Shown one piece after another: positions 62,113 to 64,000 of a stretch of DNA of 64,000 bases (positions within the stretch are counted from its first letter, which is position 1; each line of letters starts with the position of its first letter). Below the pieces are notes generated by a model, which was not told where the DNA came from, ran no database searches, and was given only the letters and a program-made list of their open reading frames with translations. A program made the translations under genes and the position numbers. This DNA is from an uncultured Bacteroidales bacterium (GTDB taxonomy: Bacteria > Bacteroidota > Bacteroidia > Bacteroidales > CAIWKO01), in NCBI GenBank assembly GCA_964626855.1, contig CAZVKJ010000002.1, positions 101,852 through 165,851 on the forward strand, given 5' to 3'.

Positions 62113-63155
62113 TATGAAAACAATTTTTTTATTTCTTCTTTGTCAGCATCTATAACACCTTTTTCAGTAATGATTTTTGTGATGAGTTTTGCCGGTGTTA
62201 CGTCGAATGCCGGGTTTAATGCTTCAGACCCCGGAGAGCAAACGAGAACTTCGTGCATTATGCCGTTTTTATCGGGGCCGTTCTGATATAATACTTCATC
62301 CTGGCTTCTTTCTTCAATAGGGATGTGTTTTCCGTCGGGGCAATTCACATCAAACGTGGATGTCGGGGCTGCCACATAAAATGGAATTCCATATTCTTTT
62401 GCGGCAATAGCCTTTTCGAGGGTTCCGATTTTATTGGCCACATCGCCGTTGGCGGCAATGCGGTCGGCTCCCACGATGATCATATCAATTTTTCCCTGAG
62501 CCATCAGGTATGCTCCGGCATTATCTGGTATTATTACATGAGGAATATTTTCGTTTTTCAGTTCCCATGCTGTAAGTCTGGCTCCCTGGCTTCGCGGGCG
62601 GGTTTCATCAGCATAAACAAAGATTTTCTTTCCCGAATTGGCGGCAACATAAACCGGGGATAAGGCAGTGCCATAATCGGTAAAAGCCAGCCAGCCTGCA
62701 TTGCAGTGGGTTTCTATATTGAACCCGTCTTTAATAAATTCATTACCATAAATTCCGATTTGTCTGCTGGCATCAATATCTTCACGGGCCAGTTCTTCTG
62801 CTGTTTGCAATGCTGCTATTGGATTTTTGATCCCGGCATTGTATACACGTTCAACGGCATAAAAAAGATTTCTGGCTGTTGGCCTGGTTGCTTCAATTTC
62901 TTTTTTTGCGGCAGCCACAAAATCATGGAAATGATCGCGCGGGCTTTCTGTAAATGCCTGTGCCATGGCGTATCCGGCTGTAACACCAATAGCACCGGCA
63001 CCACGAACAATCATGGTTTTTATGGCATGGCAGGTCTGCAAATAAGTTTTTGATTCATAAATTCTGAATTCAAAGGGCAGGAGGTTTTGCTCGATCATAA
63101 AAACAGAGCTGTTCTCCATCCAGACTGTCCTGTAATTTTTTCCGTTAACGTGCAT
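62112..63155 (-). CDS. mtnA: S-methyl-5-thioribose-1-phosphate isomerase
   Basis: eIF-2B alpha/beta/delta-like family: TVWMENSSVFMIEQNLLPFEF, MIVRGAGAIGV, ETHCNAGWLA, DETRP.SQGARLTAWEL, VGADRIAANGD.ANKIGT and FDVTPA.LIT.IITE. Confidence 0.8.
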   Translation of the reverse strand: MHVNGKNYRTVWMENSSVFMIEQNLLPFEFRIYESKTYLQTCHAIKTMIVRGAGAIGVTAGYAMAQAFTESPRDHFHDFVAAAKKEIEATRPTARNLFYAVERVYNAGIKNPIAALQTAEELAREDIDASRQIGIYGNEFIKDGFNIETHCNAGWLAFTDYGTALSPVYVAANSGKKIFVYADETRPRSQGARLTAWELKNENIPHVIIPDNAGAYLMAQGKIDMIIVGADRIAANGDVANKIGTLEKAIAAKEYGIPFYVAAPTSTFDVNCPDGKHIPIEERSQDEVLYQNGPDKNGIMHEVLVCSPGSEALNPAFDVTPAKLITKIITEKGVIDADKEEIKKLFS

Positions 63156-63157
63156 AT

Positions 63158-63679
63158 CTATTCTTCTTTATCGTACCAGCCGGCATACATCATATAATTA
63201 CGTGAGATGCGATTTACCTGGCCTTCCAGTAATGATTTGTCAATACTTTTTATTTTTTTTGCCGGCATACCTGCCCAAACGGTACCCGATTCAACAACTG
63301 TATTTTCTAATACAACAGCCCCTGCAGCGATTATGCAGTTGCTTTCAATTACTACTCCGTCCATGATGATGGCCCCCATGCCCACCAAAACATTATCATG
63401 TATGGTGCATCCATGTATGATGGCACCGTGTGCAACCGAAACATTGTTGCCTATTGAAACCGGCGCTTTCTGGTATGTACAGTGCACAATTGCGCCATCC
63501 TGAATATTTACATTATTCCCGATACGTATGTAATGAACGTCTCCGCGTACGACGGCATTAAACCAAACACTGCAATCATCCCCCATAATTATATCTCCGG
63601 TGAGTGTTGCATTTTCGGCAATGAAGCAGTTTTCGCCCCATTTGGGTTCTATCCCGTTTACTTTTTTTATCAGCGCCAT
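63158..63679 (-). CDS. gamma-class carbonic anhydrase / hexapeptide-repeat (YrdA/PaaY-like) protein
   Basis: Left-handed beta-helix hexapeptide repeats, with CFIAENATLTGDIIMGDDCSVWFNAVVRGD...IRIGNNVNIQDGAIVH. Confidence 0.75.
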   Translation of the reverse strand: MALIKKVNGIEPKWGENCFIAENATLTGDIIMGDDCSVWFNAVVRGDVHYIRIGNNVNIQDGAIVHCTYQKAPVSIGNNVSVAHGAIIHGCTIHDNVLVGMGAIIMDGVVIESNCIIAAGAVVLENTVVESGTVWAGMPAKKIKSIDKSLLEGQVNRISRNYMMYAGWYDKEE

Positions 63680-63683
63680 ATTT

Positions 63684-64000
63684 TTATCTTTTTAAATCGG
63701 GGTAATCGATGGAATAGTGTAATCCGCGGCTTTCTTTACGTTGCGAAGCCATTTTAATGATCAGGTATGCCACATTAATCATATTGCGTAATTCGCATAT
63801 TTTTTCTGTAAGAACTGATCGTTCATAAAGTTCTTCCGTTTCGCGGTAAAGAATATCGAGCCTGTCCATTGCTCTTTTCAGGCGGAGGTTTGAACGAACA
63901 ATACCCACGTAATTGCTCATGATTTCGCGGAGTTCTTTTGTTGTCTGTGTTATTAAAATCATTTCTTCATTCAGCACAGTACCTTCGGCATTCCAGTCAG
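63684..64000 (-). CDS. nadB: L-aspartate oxidase, C-terminal end (5' part lies beyond the window end)
   Basis: The frame stays open to the window edge. The C-terminal helical domain ends ...ELRNMINVAYLIIKMASQRKESRGLHYSIDYPDLKR, matching the NadB ESRG.H...D.P signature. Confidence 0.7.
   Translation of the reverse strand, partial: DWNAEGTVLNEEMILITQTTKELREIMSNYVGIVRSNLRLKRAMDRLDILYRETEELYERSVLTEKICELRNMINVAYLIIKMASQRKESRGLHYSIDYPDLKR

Overview
Low-GC chromosome segment that looks Bacteroidota-type. Support: several T9SS-style C-terminal sorting domains, TAnnTTTG promoter boxes upstream of many genes, and almost no Shine-Dalgarno sites. No transposase, integrase, CRISPR array or rRNA was seen.

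Layout:
- 1-10 kb, housekeeping: 5' part of mutS, a small Zn-ribbon protein, an ssb-like gene, topB, dsbD, tilS and tRNA-Phe.
- 10-29.7 kb, envelope and glycan-modification block: three membrane-anchored SGNH-like hydrolases, a TMTC-like TPR membrane protein, a GT2 transferase, two GT9 transferases, two polytopic GT-C-like proteins, three tandem small membrane proteins, lpxH, a CXXC-less TlpA-like lipoprotein, a glycosyltransferase remnant and an OYE flavoprotein.
- 29.8-60.1 kb, island almost fully occupied by very large secreted surface proteins with T9SS sorting tails.
  - A 1204-aa adhesin-like protein.
  - A Gly-rich fibre-like protein.
  - A giant reading frame of about 4566 codons, split by one in-frame TAG.
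  - Two lysyl-endopeptidase-like S1 proteases (2006 and 852 aa).
  - A 340-aa cargo protein.
- 60.7-64 kb, housekeeping: TauE permease, class II aldolase, mtnA, gamma-carbonic anhydrase and the nadB 3' end.

Most notable observations:
- An XrtF-like exosortase gene sits directly behind the giant adhesin. It is preceded by a 77-aa ORF with a signal peptide and a PEP-CTERM-style tail (motif, TM helix, KKK). This is a candidate cognate substrate for an exosortase class that, to my knowledge, has no described target.
- A conserved C-terminal cassette (CarboxypepD_reg-like, dockerin-like, cohesin-like, T9SS tail) is shared by an adhesin and a protease.
- There is extensive coding tandem repetition: 6 x 294 nt, 6 x 270 nt with two near-identical units, and modules of about 3 kb.

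All functional calls come from motif reading by eye. No searches were run.
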